Shown here one piece after another: positions 47,580-55,648 of a DNA stretch of 64,000 nucleotides (position 1 is the first letter of the stretch; every line of letters begins with the position of its first letter). The DNA comes from Deferrisomatales bacterium. Its GTDB lineage: Bacteria > Desulfobacterota > Deferrisomatia > Deferrisomatales > JACRMM01. The notes beneath the pieces were generated by a model, which saw nothing but the letters and a program-made list of their open reading frames with translations, had not been told where the DNA came from and ran no database searches. Position numbers and translations under genes: made by a program. The DNA lies in the NCBI GenBank assembly GCA_033551855.1, contig JAWSUI010000011.1, positions 20,972 through 84,971 of the forward strand. Reading direction: 5' to 3'.

Positions 47580-48896
47580 ATGGGGGCAAGGCTCTACCTG
47601 GTCGGCCCCCCGGAGCGAACCTCTGCCGTGGCCGGGGAGTTGGCGGCTGGCCGGCTGGGGATACGGGAGTTCGCGGACCTGGAAGAGTTCCTGGACGCTG
47701 CGTTCGCAGCGCCCCCCCGCGCGGCGGTCGTCTGGGACTGCCTGCCCTCGGAGGCGCTGGACGCGGCCTTCGATGTCTTCCGCCACCACTTCTGCTCCAA
47801 GGATTGTGCGGTGCTGCTGGTCAACTGCGGCGCCTCCGCGCCGGTGCCCTGCTCCTGGGGAGTGCACGCCGTCCTCCGCGAGCCGGTGGACGTGGGGAAG
47901 CTGCGCGAGGCGCTCGACGAGTGTTCCGAGGCGGGCGTGGAGCTCGGGAGCGGCATCCCGCGAGTCCTGGTCGTCGATGACGACCCGAGCGTGGTGCTCC
48001 TCGGGAGCCACGTCGTGAGCAGTATCGGCATGATCCCCCTGGTCGCCTTCGACGGGGCGGAGGCGATTGAGAAGGCGAAACGGATTCGGCCGGATCTCGT
48101 GCTCCTCGACATCAACATGCCGCACATGGATGGGTTCGCGGTGATCGAAGCGCTCAAAGCCGACCCGCTCACGAGCCTCGTGCCGATCATCGTCTTCTCC
48201 GCTCGGAAGGACGACGAGGACAAGGTGCGGGCGCTGCACCTGGGCGCCGACGACTACGTGACCAAGCCCTTCAGCGTCATGGAGCTGGGGGCGCGGATCG
48301 ACCGCCTGCTCCAGCGGACGCGGACCGGGGTGCAGGCGTCGAGCACGACCGGGCTGCCGGGCAGCCTGAGCGTGGAGCAGGCCCTCGTCGAGCGGATCCG
48401 CAGCCGCGCCCCCTTGGCCGTGGTCTATCTGGACCTCGACCACTTCAAGAGCTTCAACGACCGGTATGGATTCACGAGGGGTGACAGCGTCATCCGGCAG
48501 ACCGCAGACATCCTCCTGGAGGCGGTCCAGGGGATGGGCAACCCGGACGACTTCGTAGGCCACATCGGGGGGGACGACTTTGTCGTCCTCACGTCCCCGT
48601 CGCGTGCGGTCCCGGTGGCGGAGGCCGTGATCGCTCGCTTCGAGCGGGTGATCCCCCTGTACTACGACTCCGACGATCGCAGGCGGGGCCACATCCTCTC
48701 CGAGGACCGACGGGGCTGGCAGACCAGCTTCCCCCTGATGAGCCTCTCCATCGCCATCGCGACCAACGAGTCCCGGGAGTTCACCCACCCCGGGGAAGTG
48801 GCCGACGTCGCGGCCCAGCTCAAGCGGTATGCCAAGAGCCGGGCCGGCAGCGTCTGGGTCAAGGACAAGCGGGCCAACGATGAGAACGGCAGCTAA
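47580..48896 (+). CDS. Response regulator with a degenerate receiver, a canonical receiver and a GGDEF domain (motif GGDDF)
   Basis: RVLVVDDD...DLVLLDINMPHMDG...SARKD...GADDYVTKPF is a canonical REC domain. TGLPG......YLDLDHFKSFND.YG...GD..... then HIGGDDFVVL. Confidence 0.85.
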   Translation: MGARLYLVGPPERTSAVAGELAAGRLGIREFADLEEFLDAAFAAPPRAAVVWDCLPSEALDAAFDVFRHHFCSKDCAVLLVNCGASAPVPCSWGVHAVLREPVDVGKLREALDECSEAGVELGSGIPRVLVVDDDPSVVLLGSHVVSSIGMIPLVAFDGAEAIEKAKRIRPDLVLLDINMPHMDGFAVIEALKADPLTSLVPIIVFSARKDDEDKVRALHLGADDYVTKPFSVMELGARIDRLLQRTRTGVQASSTTGLPGSLSVEQALVERIRSRAPLAVVYLDLDHFKSFNDRYGFTRGDSVIRQTADILLEAVQGMGNPDDFVGHIGGDDFVVLTSPSRAVPVAEAVIARFERVIPLYYDSDDRRRGHILSEDRRGWQTSFPLMSLSIAIATNESREFTHPGEVADVAAQLKRYAKSRAGSVWVKDKRANDENGS

Positions 48897-49503
48897 CCTG
48901 TGCACGGCGGTGCTCTTCGCACTGGTGTCCGGGGGGGTGGCCGCCGACATCTACTCGGCCCGGCGGCCGGACGGCTCGGTCTCGTTCACCGACACGCCCA
49001 CCGCCCCCGAGTATTCCGTCGTCATCCGGGAGACTCCGCCGGTCTTGCCCTGGCGCGACGTGGCCGAGAGGGAGGCAGGGCGCCACGGCCTGGATCCCCG
49101 CCTCGTGCGTGCGGTGATCTACGTCGAGTCCGGGGAGAACCCCCGGGCCGTGTCGCCCAAGGGCGCCCAAGGCCTCATGCAGCTCATGCCGGGGACGGCC
49201 GACGAGCTGGGGGTGGGAAACCCCTTCCGGCCCAGGGAGAACATCCAGGGCGGGGTGAGCTACCTGGCTTCCATGCTGCAGCGTTTCGGCGGAGACCTTG
49301 AGCTCGCCCTGGCCGCCTACAACGCCGGGCCGGGCGCCGTGCAGCGCCACGGGGGCATCCCGCCGTACCCCGAAACCCAGCGCTACGTGAAGAAGGTTCT
49401 CGAGGTCTACCGCCGCCAGGGAGGCGAGACGGGGGGCGCCGCGGGGGTTGACACCGGCAACCTCCCCATGGATAATTCGGACCCCACAACCGGGCGGGAA
49501 TAA
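48880..49503 (+). CDS. Lytic transglycosylase (DUF4124-like N-terminus + SLT domain)
   Basis: Signal peptide, DIYSARRPDGSVSFTD, and SLT motifs VIYVESGENP...SPKGAQGLMQLMP.TA...AAYNAGPGAV. The 3' end overlaps the tRNA by 10 nt. Confidence 0.8.
   Translation: MRTAANLCTAVLFALVSGGVAADIYSARRPDGSVSFTDTPTAPEYSVVIRETPPVLPWRDVAEREAGRHGLDPRLVRAVIYVESGENPRAVSPKGAQGLMQLMPGTADELGVGNPFRPRENIQGGVSYLASMLQRFGGDLELALAAYNAGPGAVQRHGGIPPYPETQRYVKKVLEVYRRQGGETGGAAGVDTGNLPMDNSDPTTGRE
49448..49476 (+). promoter_or_regulatory. Sigma-70-type promoter for tRNA-Gly(GCC), embedded in the 3' end of the SLT gene
   Basis: TTGACA (49448-49453), 17-nt spacer, GATAAT (49471-49476). The tRNA 5' end lies 18 nt downstream. Confidence 0.55.
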
Positions 49504-49568
49504 CTCAGTGGTAGAGTGCGACCTTGCCAAGGTCGAAGTCGCGGGTTCGAATCCCGTTTCCCGCTCCA
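49494..49568 (+). tRNA. tRNA-Gly (anticodon GCC), CCA encoded
   Basis: Hand-folded: acceptor GCGGGAA/TTCCCGC, D stem ACTC/GAGT, anticodon stem CGACC/GGTCG with loop TTGCCAA, T stem GCGGG/CCCGT, T loop TTCGAAT. Confidence 0.95.
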
Positions 49569-49593
49569 CGAAATCTCCAGTCCCTACGGGGAC

Positions 49594-50892
49594 TTACAAT
49601 TCGATAGCCCCCATTTTCGGCCGGATGTCACCCCAAATGTCACCCGAGCCGAGCTGGGGGCTCCCGTTTTTCGGGCCTTCGAGGTACTCCTCGATGGCGT
49701 CCACGTCGTCCTCCAGTCCCTCCACGTACCGCCCGTAGACCTCATAGATCATCTGCCGGCTGCCGTGCCCCATGAGGCGGACCACCTTGTCGGGGTGGAC
49801 CCCCCGCATGAGGTTCCACGCGGCGAAGGTGTGCCGGGCGGCATAGGGCTTCCGGTAGGGAAGACCGGAGGCCTGGAAGGCCTTGGCCCAGGGGCCGTTG
49901 CGAAACCGCACGTTGGCCGCATTCGTCTCGATCCAGGGACGGCCATCCTCCCAGGTGATCAGGTGGTCTCCGTGCCGGCGCTCCCTGAGCTCGTCGAGCT
50001 GGCGCCGGAGCGCGGGCGTGACCGGGATCTCCCTCTTCCGGTAGACGGTCTTGCTCCCCTGCACCGTCAGCCGGTCACCCCGGATGTCACCCGAGGTGAG
50101 CCGTCCAAGCTCCGAGGAGATCATCCCCGTCATCACCATCACTTCGCAGATGGGCCGGTAGTGGGGGGCCATGTGCTTCATCAGGGTCTGCCACTCGTGG
50201 ACCCGGAAGGTCTGGGGGTCGCTCTTCGTCCGCTGCGGGATGAGCTGCCCCCGGCGGTTTCGGCGCTTCAGGTGCTCGAAGGGGTTCCGGAGGTCCCAGC
50301 CGTGCTCTTCGACCGCATCCTCCCAGATGATCCGCAGGGGGATGAGGAGGTTCCGGATCCGGCTCGGGGACAGATGGTCGAGCCCCCGCACGAAGTCGAC
50401 CACCTGGACCCCGGTGAGCTCGCCGAAGCTCAGGCCCCCGAACCGGGGAAGGAGGTGCCGGTTGATGATCGACCGATAGTCCCGGCGCTTCGTCGCGCTC
50501 CGCTCAGTGTCCAGGTGAGCCGTGACCCACGTGCCGACGTAGTCGGCGATGATGACGTCCGCCGGGTCAGTCTGGGCGTCCTGATGCTCGTGACCCTCGA
50601 GCCGAGCGAACTTCGCCTTCTCCTGATCCGAAGCCCCGGGAAATGCCTCCTCGAAGCGAAACGTCCCCGCCTGGATGGCCTTGCCGATCTCGGCCAGGAA
50701 CGCGCGGGTCTTCCCGCGGTTCTTCCGGTTGTCCTCGAGCCCAGTAGCGCGTTGCACGACCTCTCCGAAGTACGTGAACCGGATCGAGAGTCGCCCGCCG
50801 CGGGCGATCACGTATCCGAACCGTCGAGGCCTTGGGGTTTTCTCACTCTTCTTCTGTTCTGGAAATGGAATCACCTCTGCCGATGGTTGCAT
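49594..50892 (-). CDS. int: Tyrosine recombinase / integrase
   Basis: 433 aa from ATG 50892. Catalytic-region pattern ...TGMISSELGRL...ARHTFAAW...LMGHGS..M....YGRY (R..H-x-x-R..H..Y). Lies 25 nt from the tRNA 3' end. Confidence 0.9.
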   Translation of the reverse strand: MQPSAEVIPFPEQKKSEKTPRPRRFGYVIARGGRLSIRFTYFGEVVQRATGLEDNRKNRGKTRAFLAEIGKAIQAGTFRFEEAFPGASDQEKAKFARLEGHEHQDAQTDPADVIIADYVGTWVTAHLDTERSATKRRDYRSIINRHLLPRFGGLSFGELTGVQVVDFVRGLDHLSPSRIRNLLIPLRIIWEDAVEEHGWDLRNPFEHLKRRNRRGQLIPQRTKSDPQTFRVHEWQTLMKHMAPHYRPICEVMVMTGMISSELGRLTSGDIRGDRLTVQGSKTVYRKREIPVTPALRRQLDELRERRHGDHLITWEDGRPWIETNAANVRFRNGPWAKAFQASGLPYRKPYAARHTFAAWNLMRGVHPDKVVRLMGHGSRQMIYEVYGRYVEGLEDDVDAIEEYLEGPKNGSPQLGSGDIWGDIRPKMGAIEL

Positions 50893-50965
50893 GTCAGTCT
50901 CCCATGGTGCACCTCCTCTCCATGACTGTGGCCTGAAGGGAGAGTACACGGGGGAAGTGGGGTGC

Positions 50966-51301
50966 TCAAGGGGGCGCCCGGTAGTGCAGGTCCAGGACCG
51001 GTTCCTTGGAGCCGGACTTCTGTGCCTTATGGGGACGTGGCGGAGCAGGTTTCGTCTCCGAGGGCGTTTCCACTTCCGAGACTGCGGCCGTGAGGATCGC
51101 GTCTCGGGCCTGGGGCCAAAGGTAGCGGACGTTCTTGTCCGAGGGGCGGACCTTCGGTCCAGCGCGGGTGGAAGGGATCCAGGTGTAGTCACGTTGCGCC
51201 TGTAGCAAACCGAGCCGACGCCATGCCTTCACGGTGCTGACGCTGACGTCCATGCGCTCCGCGAACCTCGTTTGGGTCAACAGACACTCGGCTTGTGTCA
51301 C
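50966..51301 (-). CDS. xis: Excisionase/AlpA-like helix-turn-helix DNA-binding protein
   Basis: GTG 51301 follows an AAGGAGAAGG SD. LLTQTRFAERMDVSVSTVKAWRRLGLL is a MerR-superfamily excisionase-type HTH. Lies directly upstream of int. Confidence 0.6.
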   Translation of the reverse strand: MTQAECLLTQTRFAERMDVSVSTVKAWRRLGLLQAQRDYTWIPSTRAGPKVRPSDKNVRYLWPQARDAILTAAVSEVETPSETKPAPPRPHKAQKSGSKEPVLDLHYRAPP

Positions 51302-51625
51302 CCGATCACCTTCTCCTTGCGTCTGCTGTATAGGTGGCGGGCGGGGTCATCCTTCTCGATCTCTGGCGGAACACCGCCCCTTCACTTAGGTATTCGCGCG
51401 CCTTGGAACATGAAACCTGGGCTGAGGCACGGGGGACGGAGCGATGTCTACGACCGGAGGTGGCACTGCCAGAAACGGGCCGGTTCTGGGAAGTGATGGT
51501 GTCTCGGCGCAGGCGAAGAGGGGCAGGGATTCGGGAGCTGTTCGCAAGAAAGAGCGCGTCAGCCGGGATGCCCGCGCTTCTGGTGGGAGGGGGGGCGGCT
51601 CTACGGAATCAGGCGCAGAGTAGTC

Positions 51626-52603
51626 TCAGGTGCGATCGATCCCGAACCTTGCCCACAGCGGGTAGTGGTCGGAGACGCGGAAAGAGATGGAGTTCCGGCT
51701 GAGGTTCGCGTCCGTGTAGACGTAGGGCAGAAAGTCGAAGTTTCCGCCGCTGAGGTACTCCATGGACAGGAGGCGCCGACTGCCTTCTTGAAACCACGCG
51801 ACCTGGTCATAGAACTTCCCGGTGTCCGGGTTGCCGGGCTCGGAGAAGATCGTCCGGGGCAGGCTGACCAGGTCCGCCGGGACGTGGAGCCCGGTCGAGG
51901 TGAAGGCCCTCCAGAGGTCGTCGCCGTGGCGGTCGATGTTGAAATCCCCGAGGGTCAAGAGGTTGTGGTGCCAGCGGTTCTCCCGAGCCGCCCACTCGGC
52001 CATCCACCGGGCGATCCCCCGGAGCTCCGGGACGCGGCCGGCCGCGTCCCGCCCATACTCGACGTGGAGGGTGACGAGGATGAAGGTGGCGGCGCCGGTC
52101 TTGAAACTCACCGCGTAGGGCGTTCGGGCGAACTGCCGCCGCAGCGCAGTGGCCTCGATCTCCTTCTCCCACTCGGGGGGAACCACGAGCTCACAGGCAA
52201 GGCCGGAGGGTCTTACACGTTCCAGGTCGAACAAGAAGGCCATCCGTTCGTGGTTTCCCGCCTGGCCCAGGGTCACGTCGGTCATGAGGAAGGCCCAACG
52301 CTCGCCGAGAAGCAGGAGGAGGTCCCGGAGCGCTCTGAGGTCCCCCATGACTTCTTGAAGGGCTACCACGTCGAAGCGGGACACGATCTCCCCGATGGCC
52401 AGGAGCCCGCGGAGGTCGCGTTTGGGGGTGTCGCTCGCCTGCGCAGTCCATTTGCGGGTGAGGGAGCTGAACATGCGAAGGTTCCAGGTGGCGATCAGCA
52501 GGTCCCCAGCGTTCTTGCGCGGGATAAACGTGTCCAGCCCGTTGCGGAGGGCGTCGAGGTCGTTGCGGACGTTCGCAGGCGGGGAGTCGAGGATGGTCGG
52601 CAT
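51626..52603 (-). CDS. Endonuclease/exonuclease/phosphatase (EEP, DNase I-like) family protein, no signal peptide
   Basis: ATWNL (Asn), ALQEV (Glu), TLHVEYG, LGDFNID and SDHYPLWARF (Asp-His) make a full EEP catalytic set. Confidence 0.8.
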   Translation of the reverse strand: MPTILDSPPANVRNDLDALRNGLDTFIPRKNAGDLLIATWNLRMFSSLTRKWTAQASDTPKRDLRGLLAIGEIVSRFDVVALQEVMGDLRALRDLLLLLGERWAFLMTDVTLGQAGNHERMAFLFDLERVRPSGLACELVVPPEWEKEIEATALRRQFARTPYAVSFKTGAATFILVTLHVEYGRDAAGRVPELRGIARWMAEWAARENRWHHNLLTLGDFNIDRHGDDLWRAFTSTGLHVPADLVSLPRTIFSEPGNPDTGKFYDQVAWFQEGSRRLLSMEYLSGGNFDFLPYVYTDANLSRNSISFRVSDHYPLWARFGIDRT

Positions 52604-52684
52604 GCAACGTCTCCCGTCACGGGGTGGCCCCGATGGCAATGGGCTGGCCCAGCGGCTCTCAAGGCGGGGGTCGTGGGGCCTGCC

Positions 52685-53050
52685 TCAGAAGACCGGTAAC
52701 TCCCGGCGTTCGTCCGCCTCCGGGCTGCGGTGGGGCCGGCCGTTGATCAGCACCTCGACAACGTAGTCGTTCGGGTTGCACCCGGCGAGCCGGAACTTCG
52801 AGATGCCGGAGCTCGCGTCCGGGTTGTAGTACACCGCGCGCAAAGGTTCTGGCGGGGTCGGAGTCGCGCCGTCCATGGGGACCAATGCGAGCATCGGGAC
52901 TACGACCAGAGCCCAGAGAAGGGTCGTCCTTGATCTCCTGGGCGGGGGAAGGGGGGGGTCGGGGCGAAGGGGTATTACGTTCTCTCCGGTGGCGCTCCGG
53001 ACGATCTGCCGGACTCTCCGTGCGGTGATGCAACGAACCCTGTCGTCCAT
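52685..53050 (-). CDS. Small single-pass membrane protein (hypothetical)
   Basis: ATG 53050 follows an AAGGGGGAG SD. Central TM helix (TTLLWALVVVPMLALVP). Lies between the XRE and EEP genes. Confidence 0.5.
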   Translation of the reverse strand: MDDRVRCITARRVRQIVRSATGENVIPLRPDPPLPPPRRSRTTLLWALVVVPMLALVPMDGATPTPPEPLRAVYYNPDASSGISKFRLAGCNPNDYVVEVLINGRPHRSPEADERRELPVF

Positions 53051-53077
53051 GGTCTCCCCCTTTGTCCTCCGACGGTC

Positions 53078-53503
53078 TCAGGTTGCCAGTCTGATCATCT
53101 TCGCGATGTGGGCCCGGCCCGGCTGGGTTCCTTCCTCGTGTCCCACCATGTCGTAGAGCAACACCACCAGCTCCGCCTTCTTTTTCGGCTCCAGGGTCAC
53201 CCCCAGCTCGCGGAGTTCCGTCTCCACCCCCTCGATGACGCCCGCCAGCACGGACTCGTCCGGTCCCGCGCGCTCCCCCCGCTCCGCCGGAGGGGGCTCC
53301 CGACCCAGCACGAGCCAGTCGCAGGACACTCCCGCCTCCTCGCTGAGCTTTCCCAGGAAGACCGGATCGGGGAGCTGGCCCCGTTCGATCCTGCCGACGG
53401 TGTCCCGAGAGACCTCGGTGCGTTCTGCCAGCTCCGCCTGACTCCAGCCGAGCCGCTCACGCGTCTCCCGCACTCTTTCGCACACACTCGGTAGCGTCGC
53501 CAT
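53078..53503 (-). CDS. XRE-family (cI-like) HTH transcriptional regulator, probably leaderless
   Basis: VRETRERLGWSQAELAERTEVSRDTVGRIERG is an XRE HTH. ATG 53503 lies 6 nt downstream of a TATACT -10 box. An alternative GTG at 53518 lacks an SD. Confidence 0.8.
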   Translation of the reverse strand: MATLPSVCERVRETRERLGWSQAELAERTEVSRDTVGRIERGQLPDPVFLGKLSEEAGVSCDWLVLGREPPPAERGERAGPDESVLAGVIEGVETELRELGVTLEPKKKAELVVLLYDMVGHEEGTQPGRAHIAKMIRLAT

Positions 53504-53509
53504 GTGCGA

Positions 53510-53537
53510 AGTATACACAGGAAAGGGGAGGTGTCAA
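53510..53537 (-). promoter_or_regulatory. Near-consensus sigma-70 promoter driving the XRE gene (leaderless configuration)
   Basis: On the minus strand: TTGACA (53537-53532), 16-nt spacer, TATACT (53515-53510), then TCGCAC and the ATG. Confidence 0.5.
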
Positions 53538-53722
53538 CCCGTGGTTTAGGCCTCCAGTGGCCTTCCATGGAGGAATCCAGCCAGGACTACGAGGAAGCCG
53601 CGCGTCCGGTCTACGTGTGCGAATCGTGCATTTTCATGGTTGACGAGTGCGAAGTACGCGTGCTATCTGTGTTCATGTCGCACAACACGACGGGGCAGGG
53701 TAGAGCCCGGGAGGGAGACGAT

Positions 53723-54439
53723 ATGGAACCCATGACGGCGAGGCGGGATCAGACAGGGCCCGCCTGCGGGACTCCGCGAGGGCGTGACCGGGGGAGGCAC
53801 GGTCTCCGAGTACGCAGGACGGCCACCGGCGTCTCGTCTCGGGCCTCGCCGGAGGGAGACGGGGTTCCTGACGCCGAGGCGTGGGAGCAGGCGGCGCGGT
53901 GGGTGGAAGAGCACCGGAAGTTGATCGTCCGTTGTGCCGAGCGCTATGCGGCCTACGCACCCTACGATCGGCAGGACTACCTCCAGCAGGCCGTTCTGGC
54001 CGCCTTCCACGCCTGGAAGGACTGCGTTCGCTTGGGGCAACCGGAGCGCTTCACTGCCTTCTGCTTCATCCGCTTCCGCCGGGAGTGCCGGGACGAGCTC
54101 GCCATTCGCCGCGACGCTCCGGCGAGCCTTCGCCCGGAGGACCGGCCCCTGGACCCGTCGGCCGGAGGCCTGGAGGGGAACCGAAGGAACGCGGGCGGAG
54201 AGGAGGTGGCCGAGCGGGAGGCCCTCATCCGGAAGGCCCTGCACTGGATGACCCCGCGCCAGCAGCTCGCCTGGCTCCTCGCCCTCGGCCATCTCGGCCA
54301 TGGCCAAGCGGACCCCAAGGAGATCGCCCGGACCCTCAAGATCAGCCGGCGCGCCGCAGCAGGACTCTTGGCGCGGGGACAGGTCCAAGCGGAAGAGGGC
54401 GTCCGCCGGGAGAAGCAGGCGCTGAAGGCGGCCGGCTGA
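53723..54439 (+). CDS. Sigma-70-family-like protein (region 2 and region 4 HTH)
   Basis: ATG 53723 follows GGGAGGGAGA. LIVRCAERYA....DRQDYLQQAVLAAFHAWKD is region-2-like. MTPRQQLAW.L......ADPKEIARTLKISRRAA is region-4-like. The upstream part of the tracked ORF looks non-coding (AT-rich). Confidence 0.5.
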   Translation: MEPMTARRDQTGPACGTPRGRDRGRHGLRVRRTATGVSSRASPEGDGVPDAEAWEQAARWVEEHRKLIVRCAERYAAYAPYDRQDYLQQAVLAAFHAWKDCVRLGQPERFTAFCFIRFRRECRDELAIRRDAPASLRPEDRPLDPSAGGLEGNRRNAGGEEVAEREALIRKALHWMTPRQQLAWLLALGHLGHGQADPKEIARTLKISRRAAAGLLARGQVQAEEGVRREKQALKAAG

Positions 54440-54539
54440 ACAAGGAAGTCCCGCGAAAGGGCCCGCCGTGTTCCACCGCCGACGAATACCTAAGTGAGGG
54501 CAGAAAGCGAAGCCCGGACAGCCGTAGGAGGAGAGAGCA

Positions 54540-54917
54540 GTGAACGTACGGAGGTGGGGTCTCGTGGCAGGGCTTCTCGCGGCCAGCTTCGCGGAGGCGG
54601 ACGCCATTCGCCAGGAGCGCTACCAGTACGCGAGTGGCCTCGCTCGCTTTCTGGTGAGCGAGCGCTCGTGGGTGGTCCGTGCGGAGCCGATCGCTGCCCA
54701 AGCCCTCCACATCCCAAAGCCCTCGCCGCCACTCCTAGCGGTTCGCATGGGAGGCGCGACGAGGCCTCCCCAGGACGGAGGATCCGGAAGAAGAGCAGAG
54801 GAGGGCCCCGACCGAGCAGCCAGCGAGGACCCCGGGACGAAGGCCCGGTGTCTGGAACCCTTTGGCCAGGACGGAGGCACCCGCCCCTTTGACCCCGTCT
54901 TGGAGGAGTCGCCGTGA
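54540..54917 (+). CDS. Small secreted hypothetical protein
   Basis: GTG 54540 follows AGGAGGAGAG. Signal peptide (WGLVAGLLAASFAEA). GTGA overlap with the dsbC-like gene. Confidence 0.45.
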   Translation: MNVRRWGLVAGLLAASFAEADAIRQERYQYASGLARFLVSERSWVVRAEPIAAQALHIPKPSPPLLAVRMGGATRPPQDGGSGRRAEEGPDRAASEDPGTKARCLEPFGQDGGTRPFDPVLEESP

Positions 54918-55621
54918 GAAGTCCCCTTTGGATCGTCTGCTGTGGTGGGCTGTTCCTGACGAGTCTGTCCACAGGCTGGGCCTTCGCAGAAGGAGACTCC
55001 TCCGACGCGGAGACGGCACTGCGACAGCTCTTTCCCCGGTTCGAGGTCACGGCGGTCCACCCGACCCCGGTGGAAAGCCTGTTCGAGGTTGTGGCCGGCG
55101 AGAACGTCCTCTACTTCGCCGCAGCCACCGGACATCTCCTCTTCGGGGAGCTCTGGTCCAAGGAGGGGGTGAGCCTCACCGCGGCGCGGAAGGAGCGCCT
55201 CCTGGCCGAGAAGGTCGCGCGCCTTCCCCTGGACCGGGCCGTCCGGATCGGCTTCGGCCCCACGGTGGTGATCGAGGTCACCGACCCCGACTGCCCCTTC
55301 TGCCGGATGGGCAGCGACTACCTGAAGACCCGGAGCGACGTCACGCGCTATGTGTTCTTCCACCCCCTGCCGAGCCATCCCCAAGCCCGAGCCAAGACCC
55401 GGTACATCCTGGCCGCCTCCGACCCGGCCGGAGCCTACGCCGAGGTCTTCGCCGGCTGCTACGACGAGGGCTCGCTGCCCGAGTCCCCACCCACGGATCG
55501 ACTGGAGGAGCACCTCCGGCTCGTGGAAGGGCTCGGTGTCCGCGGGACACCGCACTACTGGATCGGCGGCGAGCACGTGGCTGGGGCCGATCTCGACGCC
55601 ATCCGCAACCTGCTGCCGTAG
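54914..55621 (+). CDS. dsbC: DsbC-like thiol:disulfide interchange protein (ICE-encoded)
   Basis: Signal peptide, a dimerisation-like N-domain and a thioredoxin fold with DPDCPFC and ...GV.GTP. Confidence 0.75.
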   Translation: MRSPLWIVCCGGLFLTSLSTGWAFAEGDSSDAETALRQLFPRFEVTAVHPTPVESLFEVVAGENVLYFAAATGHLLFGELWSKEGVSLTAARKERLLAEKVARLPLDRAVRIGFGPTVVIEVTDPDCPFCRMGSDYLKTRSDVTRYVFFHPLPSHPQARAKTRYILAASDPAGAYAEVFAGCYDEGSLPESPPTDRLEEHLRLVEGLGVRGTPHYWIGGEHVAGADLDAIRNLLP

Positions 55622-55648
55622 GCGGCACCCACCTCAGGGGAGAAGAGC

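Noticed and set aside
49579-49594. Small hairpin AGTCCC-TACG-GGGACT between the tRNA and the integrase stop, considered as a terminator.
   Set aside because: It has only a 6-bp stem and overlaps the integrase stop codon. Too weak to annotate.
49615-49645. Direct repeat ATGTCACCC x2 just inside the ICE boundary, considered as a possible integrase arm-type site.
   Set aside because: It falls within the integrase C-terminal coding sequence (GDIWGDI). It is explained by a repeated Gly-Asp-Ile peptide and is too short to interpret.
53504-53722. Upstream extension of the sigma-like ORF (starts at 53504 or 53567).
   Set aside because: The segment is AT-richer, contains the promoter and operator motifs, and overlaps the XRE promoter. 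ATG 53723 has a good SD.
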